This document shows positions 45,601 to 58,789 of a stretch of 64,000 nt of DNA, one piece after another. The translations under genes and the position numbers were made by a program. The notes under the pieces were generated by a model, which was not told where the DNA came from, did no database searches, and saw only the letters and a program-made list of their open reading frames with translations. The stretch is from the human T2T-CHM13v2.0 reference genome, Homo sapiens. The stretch's first letter is position 1; every line of letters starts with the position of its first letter. Where the stretch lies: assembly GCF_009914755.1 (NCBI RefSeq), contig NC_060929.1; one strand, 5' to 3'.

Positions 45601-47699
45601 GAAACTTTTGAAGAATCTGCTTTGGGAGGTATGCATTCAACTCAAAGACTCAAAACTTTCCTTGGTTGAGTGGTTCGGAAACATTGTTTTTGTAAATTCT
45701 TCGAAGGGATATTTAGGAACCCACTGAGGCCTATATTGAAAAAGGCCTTCACATAAAAACTAGAAGGAAGCCTTCTGAGAAAGTGCTTCGTGATGTATGC
45801 CTTCATCTCACAAAGAGAAAATTTTATTTGATGGAGCTCTTTGGAAAAAAATATTTTTGTGGAATCTGCAAAGGCATATTTGGGAGCACATTGAGGTCTA
45901 TGGTGAAAAAGGAAATATCTTCAGAGAAAAACTAGAAAGAAGCTTTCTGAGAACTGCTTTGTGTGGTGTGCATTCATCCCACAGAGGTAAACATTAAACC
46001 TATCTTTAGATGGAGCAGTTTAGAAAGACTGTTTTTGTAGAATCTGTGAAGAGATATTTGGGAGCACATTGAGGTCTTTGTGAAAACATGAAATATGCTG
46101 GGAGAAAACCAGAAATAAGTTTTCTGAGAAACTGAGTTGTAATGTGTGCATTCATCTCACAGAGTTAAATGTTTCTTTTGATGGAGCATTTTGGAAAAAC
46201 TGTTGTTTTAGAATCTGTGAAGGGATATTTTGGAGTGCATTGAGGTCTATGGTGAAAAAGGAATATCTTCAGATAGTAACTAGAAAGAAGCTTCTTGGGA
46301 AACTGATTTGCAGTGTGTGCGTTCATCTCAAAGAGTTAATCCATTCTTTTAATTGGGTAGTTTGGAAACATTGTTTTTGTAGAAACTGCATAGTGATATT
46401 AGCGAGTGCCTTGAGGCCTTTGGTGTAAAAGGAAATATCTTCAGAGAAAACCTAGAAAGTAGCTTTCTGAGAAACTGCTTTGTGTTGTCTGCGTTGCTCT
46501 CACGGAGTTAAACATTTCTATGGAAGGAGCAGGTTGGAAGCACTCCTATTTTAGAATCTTTGAAATGATATTTTTGGAGTGCATTCAGGTCTATGGTGAA
46601 AAAGGAAATAGTGTAAGAGAGAAAGCAGAAAGAGGTTTACTGTGAAACTACTTTGTGATATTTGCATTCATCTTACAGAGTGAAATTTTTGTTTTGAAGG
46701 AACAGTTTGGAAACACTGTTTTTGTTGGAAGTGAGAAAGGATATTCGTAAGCACATTAGGGCCTATGGTAAAAAAGTACATATCTTCAGATAAAAACTAT
46801 AAATAATCTTTCTGAGAAACTGCTTTGTGACATTTGCATTCATCTCAGAGAAGTAAAGCTTTCTTTTAATAACGTAGTTTGCAAACACTGTTTTCGTAGA
46901 ATCTGTGAAGGTGTATGTTTTAACACTTTAAGACCTATGGTGGAAAAGGAAATATCTTCAGAGAAAAAATATAAAGAATCTTTCTGAGAAACTGCTTTAT
47001 GATAAGTGCATTCATTTCACAGACTAAAGCTTTTCTTTTGGTTGCGATGTTTGGAAACATGGTTTTTGTAGAATTTGGGAAGGGATATTTGGGAGTGCAT
47101 TGAGGGCTATGGTGAAAAAGGAAATATCTTCAGAGAAAAGCTAGAAAAAATCTTTCTAAGAAACTGCTTTGTGATTTGTGCATTCATCACACCAAGTTAA
47201 AACATTATTTTGATTGAGCTCTTTGGAAAAACTGTTTTTGTAGAATCTGTGAAGGGATATTTGGGAGCACCTTGAGGCTTGTGGTTAAAAGGAAATATCC
47301 TCAGGAAAAACTAGAAAGATGGTTTTGAGTAAATGCTTTGTGATGTGTGTATCTTTCTCACAGGGTTAAACCTTTCTTTTGATGGAGCAGTTTGAAAACA
47401 CTGTTTTGTGGAATTGGCAAAGGGACATATGGTGAAAAATGAAATATCTTCAAAGAAAAACTGGAAAGAATCTTTCTGAGAAACTGGTTTGTGATGTGTG
47501 CATCCAACTCACAGAGTTAAACATTCCTTTTGATCAGCTGTTTGGCAACACTATTTTTTTAGAATCAGTGAAGGGACATTTCGAGTGCATTGAGGCTTAT
47601 GGTGAAAATGGAAATATCTACAGAGAAAAAGTGAAGACAAGCTTTCTAAGAAACTGCTTGGTTATATGTGCATCCATCTCAGAGAGTTAACCCTTTCTT

Positions 47700-49900
47700 T
47701 TGATAGAGCAGTTTGGAAACACTGTTTTTGTAGGATCTGCAAAGGTATATTTGGGAGTGCACTGAGACCTATTGTGAAAAATTAAGTATCTTTGGTTAAA
47801 AAATAGAAAGAAACATTCTGAAAAACTGCTTTGTGATGTGTGCATTCATCTCAAAGAGTTAAACATTTGTTTTGATGGAGCAGTTTGGAAACACTGTTTT
47901 TGTAGAACCTGTGAAGGGATATTTGTCAGGGAATTGAGGCCAATGGTGAATAATGACATGTCTTAAGGGAGAAAATCAGAAAGAACTTTCTGAGAAACTG
48001 ATTTGTGAAGTGTGCATTCAAGTCACGAAGTTAAATCTTTCTTTTGATGGAGCAGTTTGCAAACACTGTTTTTGTAGAATCTCCAAAGGGACATTTGGGA
48101 GCACCTTGAGGCCTATGGTGAAAAAGAAAATGCCTCAGATAAAGAATTCACAGAAGCTTTCTGAGAAACTGCTTTGCGATTTGTGCATTCATCTCACAGA
48201 GTTAAACGTTTCCTTTGATTCAGCAATTTGGAAACGCTGTTTTCGTAGAATCTGTGAAGGGATATTTGTGAGGTAATTGAGACCAATGGTGAAAAATGAC
48301 ATATCTTAAGAGAAAAACCAGAAAGAAGCTTTCTGAGAAACTGATTTGTGAAGTGCACATTCATGTCATGAAGTTAAACCTCTGTTTTGATAGAGCAGTT
48401 TGGAAACACTGTTTTTGTAGGATCTGCAAAGGTATATTTGGAGCGCACTGAGACCTATGGTGAAAAATTAAATATCTTTGGATAAAAAGTAGAAAGAAGC
48501 TTTCTGAGAAACTGCTTTGTGATGTGTGCATTCATCTCAAAGAGTTAAACTTTTGTTTTGATGGAGGAGTTTGGAAACACCCTTTTTGTAGAATCTGTGA
48601 AGGGATATTTGTCAGGGAATTGAGGCCAATGGTGAAAAACCACATATCTTAAGGGAAAAGCCAGAAAGAACTTTCTGAGAAACTGATTTGTGAAGTGTAC
48701 ATTCAAGTCATGAAGTTAAATCTTTCTTTTTGTGGGGCAGTTTGGCAGCACTGTTTTTGTAGAATTTGCAAACGGGCATTTGAGAGCACATTGAGGTCTA
48801 TGGTAAAAAAGAAATTATCTCAGATAAAGAATTCACAGAAGCTTGCTGAGAAACTGATTTGTGATTTGTGCATTCATCTCACAGAGTTAAACGTTTCCTT
48901 TGATTCAGCGATTTGGAAACACTGTTTTCGTAGAATCTGTGAAGGGATATTTGTGAGGGAATTGAGGCCAATGGTGTAAAACCACATATCTTAAGAGAAA
49001 AACCAGAAATAAGCTTTCTGAGAAACTGATTTCTGAAGTGCACATTCATGTCACAAATTTAAACCTCTGTTTTGATAGAGCAGTTTGGAAACACTGTTTT
49101 TGTAGGATCTGCAAAGGTATATTTGGAGCACACTGAGACCTATGGTGAAAAATTAGGTATCTTTGGATAAAAAGTAGAAAGAATCTTTCTGAGAAACTGC
49201 TTTGTGATGTGTGCATTCATCTCAAAGAGTTAAACTTTTGTTTTGATGGAAGAGTTTGGAAACACTCTTTTTGTAGAATCTGTGAAGGGGTATTTGTCAG
49301 GGAATTGAGGCCAATGGTGAAAAACCACATATCTTAAGGGAAAATCCAGAAAGAACTTTCTGAAAAACTGACTTGTGAAGTGCACATTCAAGTCATGAAG
49401 TTAAATCTTTCTTTTTATGGAGCAGTTTGGCAGCACTGTTTTTGTAGAATCTGCAAATGGGCATTTGAGAGCACATTGTGGCTTATGTTGAAAAAGAAAT
49501 TATCTCAGATAAAAAATTCACAGAACCTTTATGAGAAACTGGTTTGTGATTTGTGCATTCATCTCACAGAGTTAAATATTTCCTTTGATTCAGCGGTTTA
49601 GAAACACTGTTTTTGTAGGTTCTGTGAAGGGATATTTGTGAGGGAATTGAGGCCAATGTTGAAAAACGACTTATCTTAAGAGAAAAACCAGAAAGAAGCT
49701 TTCTGAGAAACTGATTTGTGAAGTGTGCATTCATGTCACAAAGTTAAACTTTTCTTTTGATGGAGCAGTTTGGAAACACTGTTTTTGTAGAATCTGCAAA
49801 GGGACATTTGGGAACACATTGAGGCCTGTGGTAAAAAAGAAAATATCTCAGATAAAAAATTCACAGAAGTTTTCTGAGAAACTGCTTTGTGATGTGTGCT
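47700..49900 (+). repeat. Tandem ~686-bp (4-monomer) unit, about 3 copies
   Basis: TAGGATCTGCAAAGGTATATTTGG at 47731, 48418 and 49103. GTCAGGGAATTGAGGCCAATGG and AATTCACAGAA recur at the same spacing. Confidence 0.88.
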
Positions 49901-52900
49901 TTAATCTTACAGATTTGAACGTTTCTTTGATGGAGAGGTTTGGAAACACTGTTTTTGTAGAATCATCAAAGGGATATTTGGGAGTGCATTGAGGCCTATG
50001 TTCACCATATGGAAATATCTTCAGAGAAAAACTAGAAAGAAGCTTTCTGACAATCATCTGCTTTGGAATGTGTGCATTCATCTCCCTCTGTTACAGCTTC
50101 CTTTTGATTGAGCAGTTTGGAAACACTGTTTTTGTAGAATCTGCAAAGGGATATTTGGGATCACATTTAGGCTTTGGTGAAAAAGGAAATATCTTCAGGA
50201 AAAACTAGAATAAAACTTTCTGAGAAACTGCCTTTTGACTTGTGCATTCGTCTCACAGAGTTCAAATTTTCTTTTGATTTAGTAGTTTGGAAACACTGTT
50301 TTTGTGCAATCTGCAAAGGGATATTTGGGAGCACATTCAGGCCTATGGTGAAAAAAGAAATATCTTCACATAAAAACTATAAAGAAGCTTTCTGAGAAAC
50401 TCCTTTGTGATGTGTGCATTCACCTAACAGACTCAAAACTTTCTTTTGATGGAGCAGTTTGGAAATACTGTTTTTGTAGTATATGTGAAGGCATGTTTGA
50501 GAGCACAAAGAGGTCTGTTCTGAAAAAGGAAATATCTGCAGAGAAAAACTAGAAAGAATCTTTCTGAGAAACTGACTTGTGTTGTGTGCATTCATCTAAC
50601 TGACTGAAAACATTCTTTTGGTGTAGCAGTTTGGAACCACTGTTATTGCAGAATCTGCAAAAAGATACTTGGGAGCACTTTGAGGCCTATGGTGAAAAAG
50701 GAAATATCTTCAGACAAAAAGTAGGTGGAAGCTTTCTGAGAAACTGTTTTGTGATGTGGCCATTCATCTCACAGAGTTAAAACTTCGTTTTGACTTAGCA
50801 GCTGGAAACACTGTTTTTGCAGAATCTGCAAAGGGATATTTGGGAGCACTTTGAGGCCTGTGGCCAAAAAGGAAATATCTTTAGATAAAAACTAGAAAGA
50901 AGCTTTCTGAGAAACTGATTTGTGATGTGTGCATTCATCTCACAGTGTTAAACTTTTATTTTATGGGGCAGTTTGGAAACACAGTTTTTTAGCAATCTGT
51001 GAAGGGATATTTAGGAGTGCATTGAGGATTATTGTGGAAAAGGAACTATCTTAAGAGAACAACCAGAAAGAAGATTTCTGAGAAACTGATCTGTTATGTG
51101 TGCATTCATCTGAAAGAGGTAAACATTTCTTTAGAAGGAGTAGTTTGGAAATATGGCTTTTGTAGATTCTGTGAAAGGATATTTGGGAGATCATTGAAGC
51201 CTATGGTGGAAAAAGTTATATCTTCGGAGAAAAATTAGGAAGAAGCTTTGTGAGAAACTGCTTTCTGATGTGTGCGTTCATCTCACAGAGTTAAACCTTT
51301 CTTTTGATGGAGCAGTTTGGAAACGCAATTTTGTAGAATCTGCAAACTGATTTTTGGGAGCACATTGGGACCAGTGGTGAAAAAGAAAATATCTTCAGAT
51401 AAAAAGTTCAATGGAGCTTTCTGAGAAACTGCTTTATGATATGTGCATTCATCTCACAGAGTTAAACCTTTCTTTTGATAGAGCTGTTTGGAATCACTGT
51501 TTTTGTAGAATCTGTGAAGGGATATTTGGGAGCACATTGAGGCCTATTGTCAAAAAGGAAATATATTTACATAAAACTAGAAAGAAGCTTTCTGAGAAAG
51601 TGCATTGTGATGTATGCATTCATCTCACAGAGTTAAAAATTATCTGATTGGAGCAGCATGGAAACAGTGTTTTTGTAGAATCTGCAAAAGGATGGTAGGG
51701 AGCACCTTGAGGCTTATGGTGTAAAAGCAAATATCTTAAGAGAAAAACTAGAAACTAGCTTTCTGGGAAACTACTTTGTGTTGTGTGCATTCGTCTCACA
51801 AAGGTAAACATTTTTTTCAATGGAGCAGTTTGGAAACACGTTTTTGTACAATCTGTGAAGGAATATTTGGGAGCAAATTGAGGCCTATGTTGAAAAATAA
51901 AATATCTTTAGCAAAAAGCTAGAAAGAAGCTTTCTGAGAAACTGCCTTGTGATTTGTGCATTTATCTCAAAGACTCAAACCTTTATTCTCTTAGCACAGT
52001 TTGGAAACATTGTTTTTGTAGAATCTGTGAAGGGGTATTTATTTGGGAGCACATTGAGGCATGTAGTGAAAAGGGAATTATCTTCAGAGAAAAACTAGAA
52101 AGAAGTTTCTGAGAAACTGTTTTCTGTTTTGTTCATTTATCTCACAGAGGTAAACTTTTGTTTGAGCAGCTTGGAAACACTGTTTTTGTGGAATATGCAA
52201 AGGAATATTTGGGAGCACATTGAGGAGTATGCTAGAAAAGTAAATATCTTCATAGAAAAACTGGAAAGAATGTTTCTGAGAAACTACTTTGTGTTGTGTC
52301 CATTCATCTCACAGAGTTTTACCTATCTTTTGATTGAGCAGTTTGGAATCACTATTTTTTTGGAATCTACGAAAGGATATTTTGGAGCACATTGAGGCCT
52401 ATGGTGAAAAAGGAAATAACTTCAGAGAAAAACTAGAAGGAAGCTTAGTGAGAAGGTGCTATGTGATGTGTGCATTAATCTCCCTGAGTTAAACATTTCC
52501 TGTCATTCAGAAGTTTGGAAACACTGTTTTTGTAAAGTCTGCAAACGTGTATTTCCATGCAAACTGAGGCCTGTGATGAAAAAGGAAATATTTTCAGAGA
52601 AAAACTAGAAAGAAGTTTTCTGAGAAACTGCTTTGTGATGTGGGCATTCATCTCACAGAATTACACTTTTCTTTTGATGGAGCATTTTGGAAGCACTGGT
52701 TTTGTAGAATATGAGAAGGGATGTTTGGGAGTGCTTTGAGTCCAATGGTGAAAAAGGAAAAATCTTCGTAGATTCTGCGAAGGGATACTTTGGAGTGCAA
52801 GAAGGCATGTGGTGAAAAGAGAATTATGTTCAGAGAAAAAGTAGAATGAAGCTTTTTGAGAAACTGCTTTGTGATCTGTCCATTTGTCTCACAGAGTTAA

Positions 52901-54877
52901 AACTTTCCTTAGAAGGAGCAGTTTGAAAACGCTGTATTTGTAGAATCTGCAAAGCCATATTTGAGAGCTCTTTCAGACGAATGGTGAAAAGGGAAATATC
53001 CTCAGATAAAAACTAGACAGAAGTTTTCTGAAAAAATGATTTGTGATGTGTGCCTTCAACTAACAGAGTTAAACTTTTCTTTGATGGAGCATTTGCAATC
53101 ACTGTTTTCGTAGAATCTGTGAAGGGATATTTGGGATTGCATTAAGGCCTGTGTGGAAAGTGAAATATTTTCAGAGAAAAACTAGAAAGAAGCTTTTGAA
53201 GAAATTGCTTTGTGATGTGTCCATTTATCTCACAGAGTTAAACCTTTCCTTTGAAGGAGCAGTTTGAAAACACTGCATTTGTAGAATATGAGAAGCCATA
53301 ATTGGGAGCCCTTTAAGGAGTATGGTGAAAAGAGAAATACATTCAGATCAACACTACACAGAAGCTTTTTGAGAAACTGCTTTGTGATGTGAGCTTTCAT
53401 CTCACAGTTAAACTTTTCTTTTGATGGAGTAGTTTGTAAACACTGTTTTTGTATTATCAGCAAAGGGATATTTGGGAGCGCATTGAGTCCTATGATGAAA
53501 AGGAAATTTGTTCAAAAATTGGGAGGAAACTTTCTGAGAAACTACTTTGTGATTTGTGCATTCATCTCACATAGTTAAAGCTTTCTTTTGATGGAGCAGT
53601 TTCTTAAATCTGTTTTTGTATCAACTGCAAACGGATAGTTCAGAGCACATTGAGGCTTATGGTGAAAATGGAAATATCTTTAGACGAAAACTAGAATGAA
53701 ACTTCCTGAGAGACTTCTTTGTAATGAGTGCCTTCATCTCACTGAGTTAAACCTGTCTTTTGATGGAGCAGTTTGGAAACACTGTATTTGTAGAATCTGT
53801 GAAGGGATAATTTGGAGTGCATTGAGGCATATTGTGAAAAAGGAAATGTCTTTATAGAAAATCTACAAAGAAGCTTTCTGAGAAACAGCCTTGTGTAGTG
53901 TTTATTCATCTCACTGATTTAAACCTTTCTTTGATGGAGCAGTTTGGAATCACTGTTTTCATAGATTCCGTGAAGGGTTACTGTGGAGTGCAAGAAGCCA
54001 TGTGGTGAAAAGAGAAATATGTTCAGAGAAAAAGTAGATTGAAGCTTTTTGAGAAACTGCTTTGTGTTCTGTCCATTCATCTCACAGAGTTAAACCTTTC
54101 CTTTGAAGGAGCAGTTTGAAAACACTGTATTTGTGGAATCTGCAAAGCCATATTTGAGAGTGCTTTCAGGCCTATGGTGAAAAGGGAAATATCTTCAGAT
54201 AAACACTACACAGAAACTTTCTGAGAAACTGTTTGTGATGAGTGCTTTCATCTCAGAGAGTTAAACCTTTCTTTTGATGGAGCCGTTTGAAATCACTGTT
54301 TTTGTAGAATTGGCGAAAGGATATTTCAGAGTGCTTTTATGCCTGTGGTGTAAAGAGAAATATCTTCAGAGAAAAACTAGAAAGTAGCTTTCTGAGAAAC
54401 TGCTTTGTGATGTGTCCATTCATCTCACAGAGTTAAACCTTTCCTTTGAAGGAGCAGGTTGGAAACACTGTATTTGTAGAATCTGTGAAGGGATATTTGG
54501 GAGTGCTTTGAGGCCTATGTTGAAAATAAATATCTTCAGATAAATCTAGAAAGAAGCTTACTGAGAAATTACTTTGTGATGTGTGCATTCATCTCACAGA
54601 GGTAAACCTATATTTTGATGGAGCAGGTTGTAAAGACTGTTTTTGTATAATCTGCAAATGGATATTTGGGAGTATTTTGAGTCCTATGGTTAAAGGGAAA
54701 TACGTTCAGAGAAAAACTAAAAAGAAACTTTCTGAGAAACTACTTTGTGATGTGCACATTCATCTCACAGAGTTAAGCCTCCCTTTTGATAGAGCTGTTT
54801 GTAAACCCTGTTTTTTGTATGAACTGCAAAGGGATATTTGGGAATGCATTGAGGCCTATGGTGAAAATGGAAATATC

Positions 54878-54956
54878 TTTTTTTTCTTTATGTTTTAGCG
54901 TACATGAGCACAACATGCAGGTTTTTTACATATGTATACATGTGCCATGTTGGTGT
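54878..54956 (-). mobile_element. Very short LINE-1 3' terminal fragment (L1PA4/5-like), no TSD
   Basis: T-tract followed by CTTTATGTTTTAGCGTACATGAGCACAACATGCAGG..TACATATGTATACATGTGCCATGTTGGTG, the antisense L1 3' terminus. Confidence 0.85.
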
Positions 54957-57900
54957 TAAAACTTTCTTTTGATGGACCTGTTTGTAAAACCTGTTTTTGT
55001 ATAAACTGGGAAGGGGTATTTTAGAGCACATTGAGGCCTAGGAGAAAATGGAAATATCTCGAGACAAAAACTAGAATGAATCTTTCTGAGAAACTGCTTT
55101 GTGTATTGAGCATTTATCTGACAGATTTACACTTTTCTTTTGTTCGAGGAGTTTGGAAACAGTGTATTTGTAGAATCTGCAAAGGGATATTTTGGAGCAC
55201 TTTGAGGCCTATGGTGAAAAAAAATTATCTTCAGAGAAAAACTAGAAAGAAGCTTTCTGAGTAACTGCTTTGTGATGTGTGCATTCATCTCACAGAGTTA
55301 AACCTTTCCTTTGAAGGATGAGTTTGAAATCTCTGTATTTGTGGAATGTGAAAAGCCATATTTTGGAGTGCTTTCAGGCCTATGGTGAAAAGGGAAATAT
55401 TTTCAGATAAACACTAGATGGAAGCTTTCTGAGAAACTGCTTCGTGATGTGTGTTTTCATCTCACAGAGTTATGCTTTTCTTATGATGGAGTAGTTTGTA
55501 AACACTGTTTTTCTGTGGTTGGCAAAGGGATATTTGGGAGTGCATTGAGTCTTATGGTGAAAAGAAAATATCTTCAGAGAAAAATTAGAAAGAAACTTTC
55601 TGAAAAACTACTTTGTGATGTGCGAATTCATCTCCCTGAGTTAAACCTTTCTTTTGATGGGGCAGTTTGTTAATCCCATTTTTGTATAAACTGTGAAGGG
55701 ATATTTTGGAGCACATTGAGGCCTACGGTGAAAATGGAAATATCTTTAGACAAAAACTAGAATGAAGCTTTTGGAGAAACTGCTTTGTGATGTGTTCATT
55801 CATATCACATATTTCAACCTTTTTCTTCATAGAGCAGTTTGGAATCACTGTTTTTGTAAAATCTGCAAAGAGATATTTTGGAGTGCATTAAGTCCTGCAG
55901 TGAAAAGAGAAATATCTTCAGAGAAAAACTGGAGAGAAGCTTTCTGAGAAACTGCTTTGTGATGTGGGCATTCATCTCACAGAGTTAAACCTTTCCTTTC
56001 AAGGAGAATTTTGAAAACACTGTATTTGTGTAATCTGCAAAGCCATATTTGGGAGAACTTTCAGACCTATGGAGAAAAGGGAAATATCTTTAGATAAATA
56101 CGAGACAGAAGATTTCTGAGAAACTGCCTTGTGATGTTTCCTTTCATCTCAAAGAGTTAAAACTTTCTTTTGATGGAGTAGTTTATAAACACTTTTTGTA
56201 TAATTGGTGAAGGGACATATTGGAATGCATTGAGTCCTACAGTGTAAAGGAAATATCATTATATAAAAACTAGAAAGAAATTTTCTGAGAAAGAATTTTG
56301 TGATGTGTGCATTCACCTCACAGAGTTAACCCTGACTCTTGATGAAGCAGTTTGTTAAGCCTGTTTTTGTATAAATGATGAATAGCTATTTCGGAGCACA
56401 TTGAGGCCTACGGTGAAAATGGAAATATCTTTAGACAAAAATTAGAATGAAGCTTTCTGAGAAGCTGCTTTGTGATGTGTGCATTCATCACACAAAGTTA
56501 AAGCTTCCTTTTGATGGAGCAGTCGGGAATCACTGTTTCTGTAGAATCTGCAAAGGGACATTTGGGAGCCAGTTAAGGCCTGTGGTGAAAAGAGAAATAC
56601 CTTCAAAGAAAAACAAGAAAGAAGCTTTCAGAGAAAGTGCTTTGTGATGTGTCCATTCATCTCACAGAGCTAAAACTTTCTTTGAAGGAGCAGTTTGAAA
56701 AAACTGTATTTGTAGGAACTGCAAAGCCATATTTGGGAGCCCTTTCAGGCCTACGGAGAGAAGGGAAATATCTTCAGATAAAAACTAGACTGAGACTTTG
56801 TGAGAAACTGCTTTGTGATGTGTGTTTTCATCTCACACAGCTAAACCATTCTTTTTGGTGGAGCAGTTTGGAAACAGTTTTTGTAGAATCTGTGAAGGGA
56901 TATTTTGGAGTGCATTGAGGCCTCTGCTGAAAAAAAATCTTCAGATAAATCTAGAAAGAAGCTTTCTGATAAACAACTTTGTGATGTGTGCATTCATCCC
57001 ACAGATTTAAAACTTTCTTTGGATAGAGAAGTTTGTAAACACTGTTTCTGTATGATCAGTGAAGGGACAAATGGCACACATTAGTCATATGATGAAAAGG
57101 AAATATCTTCAGAGAAAAATGAGAAAGAAATTTTCTGAGAAAATACTTTGTGATGTATGCATTCAACTCACATAATTAAACCTTTCTTTTGATGGAGCAG
57201 TTTGTTAAGCCTGTTTTTGTATAAATGAAGAAGGAATATTTTGGAGAACATTGAGGCCTATGGTGAAAATGGAAATACCTATAGACAAAAACCAGAATGA
57301 AGCATCTGAGAAACTGTGTTGTGATGTGTGCTTTCATTTCACTGAGATAAAACCTTACTTTTGATGGAACAGTTTGGACACACTGTACTTCTAGAATCTG
57401 TGAAGACATATTTGGGAATGCATTGAGGCTTAATGTGAAAAGAGGAAATATCTTCAGAGGAAAACTAGAAAGAAGCTTTCTGAGAAACTTCTTTGTGACA
57501 TGTGTGCATTCTTCTCACAGAGATAAACACTTCTTTTGTTGGAGCAGTTGGGAATCACTCTTACTGTAGAATCCGTGAAGGGATATTTGTGAACACATTA
57601 AGCCTGGGGCGAAAAGAGAAATATCTTCAGAGGAAAATTATAAAGAAAACTTTCTGTGAAACTGCTTTGCAATGTGTCCATTCATCTCACAGAGTTAAAC
57701 CTTTCCTTTGAAAGAGCAGTTTGAAAACACTGTATTTGTAGAATCTGCGAAGCCACATTTGGGAGTGCTTTCAGGCCTATGGTGAAAACAGAAATATCTT
57801 CAGATAAAAACTGGACAGAAGCTTTGTAAGAAACTGCTTTGTGATGTGTGCTTTCATCTCATAGAGTTTAACCTTTCTATAATCTTTTAAAGCTTTTGTA

Positions 57901-58789
57901 TAATCTCTGAAGAGATATTCTGGAGCACTTTGAGGCCTATGGTGAAAAGAAATATTTTCAGATAAATCTAGAAAGAAGCTTTCTGAGATACTATTTTGTA
58001 ATGTGCGCATTCATCTCATGGAATTAAAACTTTCTTTTGATGGAGCATTTTGTAAACAGTTTTAGTATAATCTGCAAATCAATATTTGGGAGTTCTTTGA
58101 GTCCCATGGTGAAAAGGAAATATCTCCAGAAAAAAACTAGAAAGAATCTTTCTGAGAAACGACTTTGTGATGTGTGCATTCATCTCACAGAGTTAAACCT
58201 TTCTTTTGATGGAGCTATTAGTAAAACCTGTTTTTGTACAAAATGCGATGGAATATTTCAGAGCACTATGAAGCCTATGGTGAAAGTGGAAATATCTCTA
58301 GACAAAAACTAGAATGAAGCTTTCCGAGAAACTGCTTTGTGATGTAAGCATTCATTTGACAGATTTAAACAACATTTTTAATGGAGCAGCTTGGAAACAC
58401 TATTTGTGGAATCTGCAGAAGACTATTTGGGAGCACATTGAGGCCTATAGTGAAAAAGGAAATATCTCCAGAGAATAACTATAAAGAAGCTTCCTAGGAA
58501 ACTGTTTGTGATGTTTGCATTGATCTCAAAGATTTAAACTTTTCTTTTGATGGAGCAATTTGGAATCACCGTTTTTGTAGAATCTGCAAAAGGGTATTTG
58601 GGAGCACATTAAGGCCTGTGGTGAAAAGGATATATCTTTGGAAAAAAACTAGAAAGAAACTTTCTGAAAAACTACCTTGTGATATTTGCATTCATCTCAC
58701 AGAGTTAAACCTTTCCTTTGATGGAGCAGTTCGGAAACACTGTTTTTGTAGAATCTGCAAAATGATATTTGTGAGCATAAGGATAATTT

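Larger units (their letters stand above)
45601..58780 (+). repeat. Alpha satellite, third monomer type, with local 4-mer repeats
   Basis: Dominant TTTTGATGGAGCAG and CAGAGAAAAACTAG variants. It lacks the GGTAGCACAAAAA monomer that marks the flanking blocks. Boundaries approximate. Confidence 0.85.
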
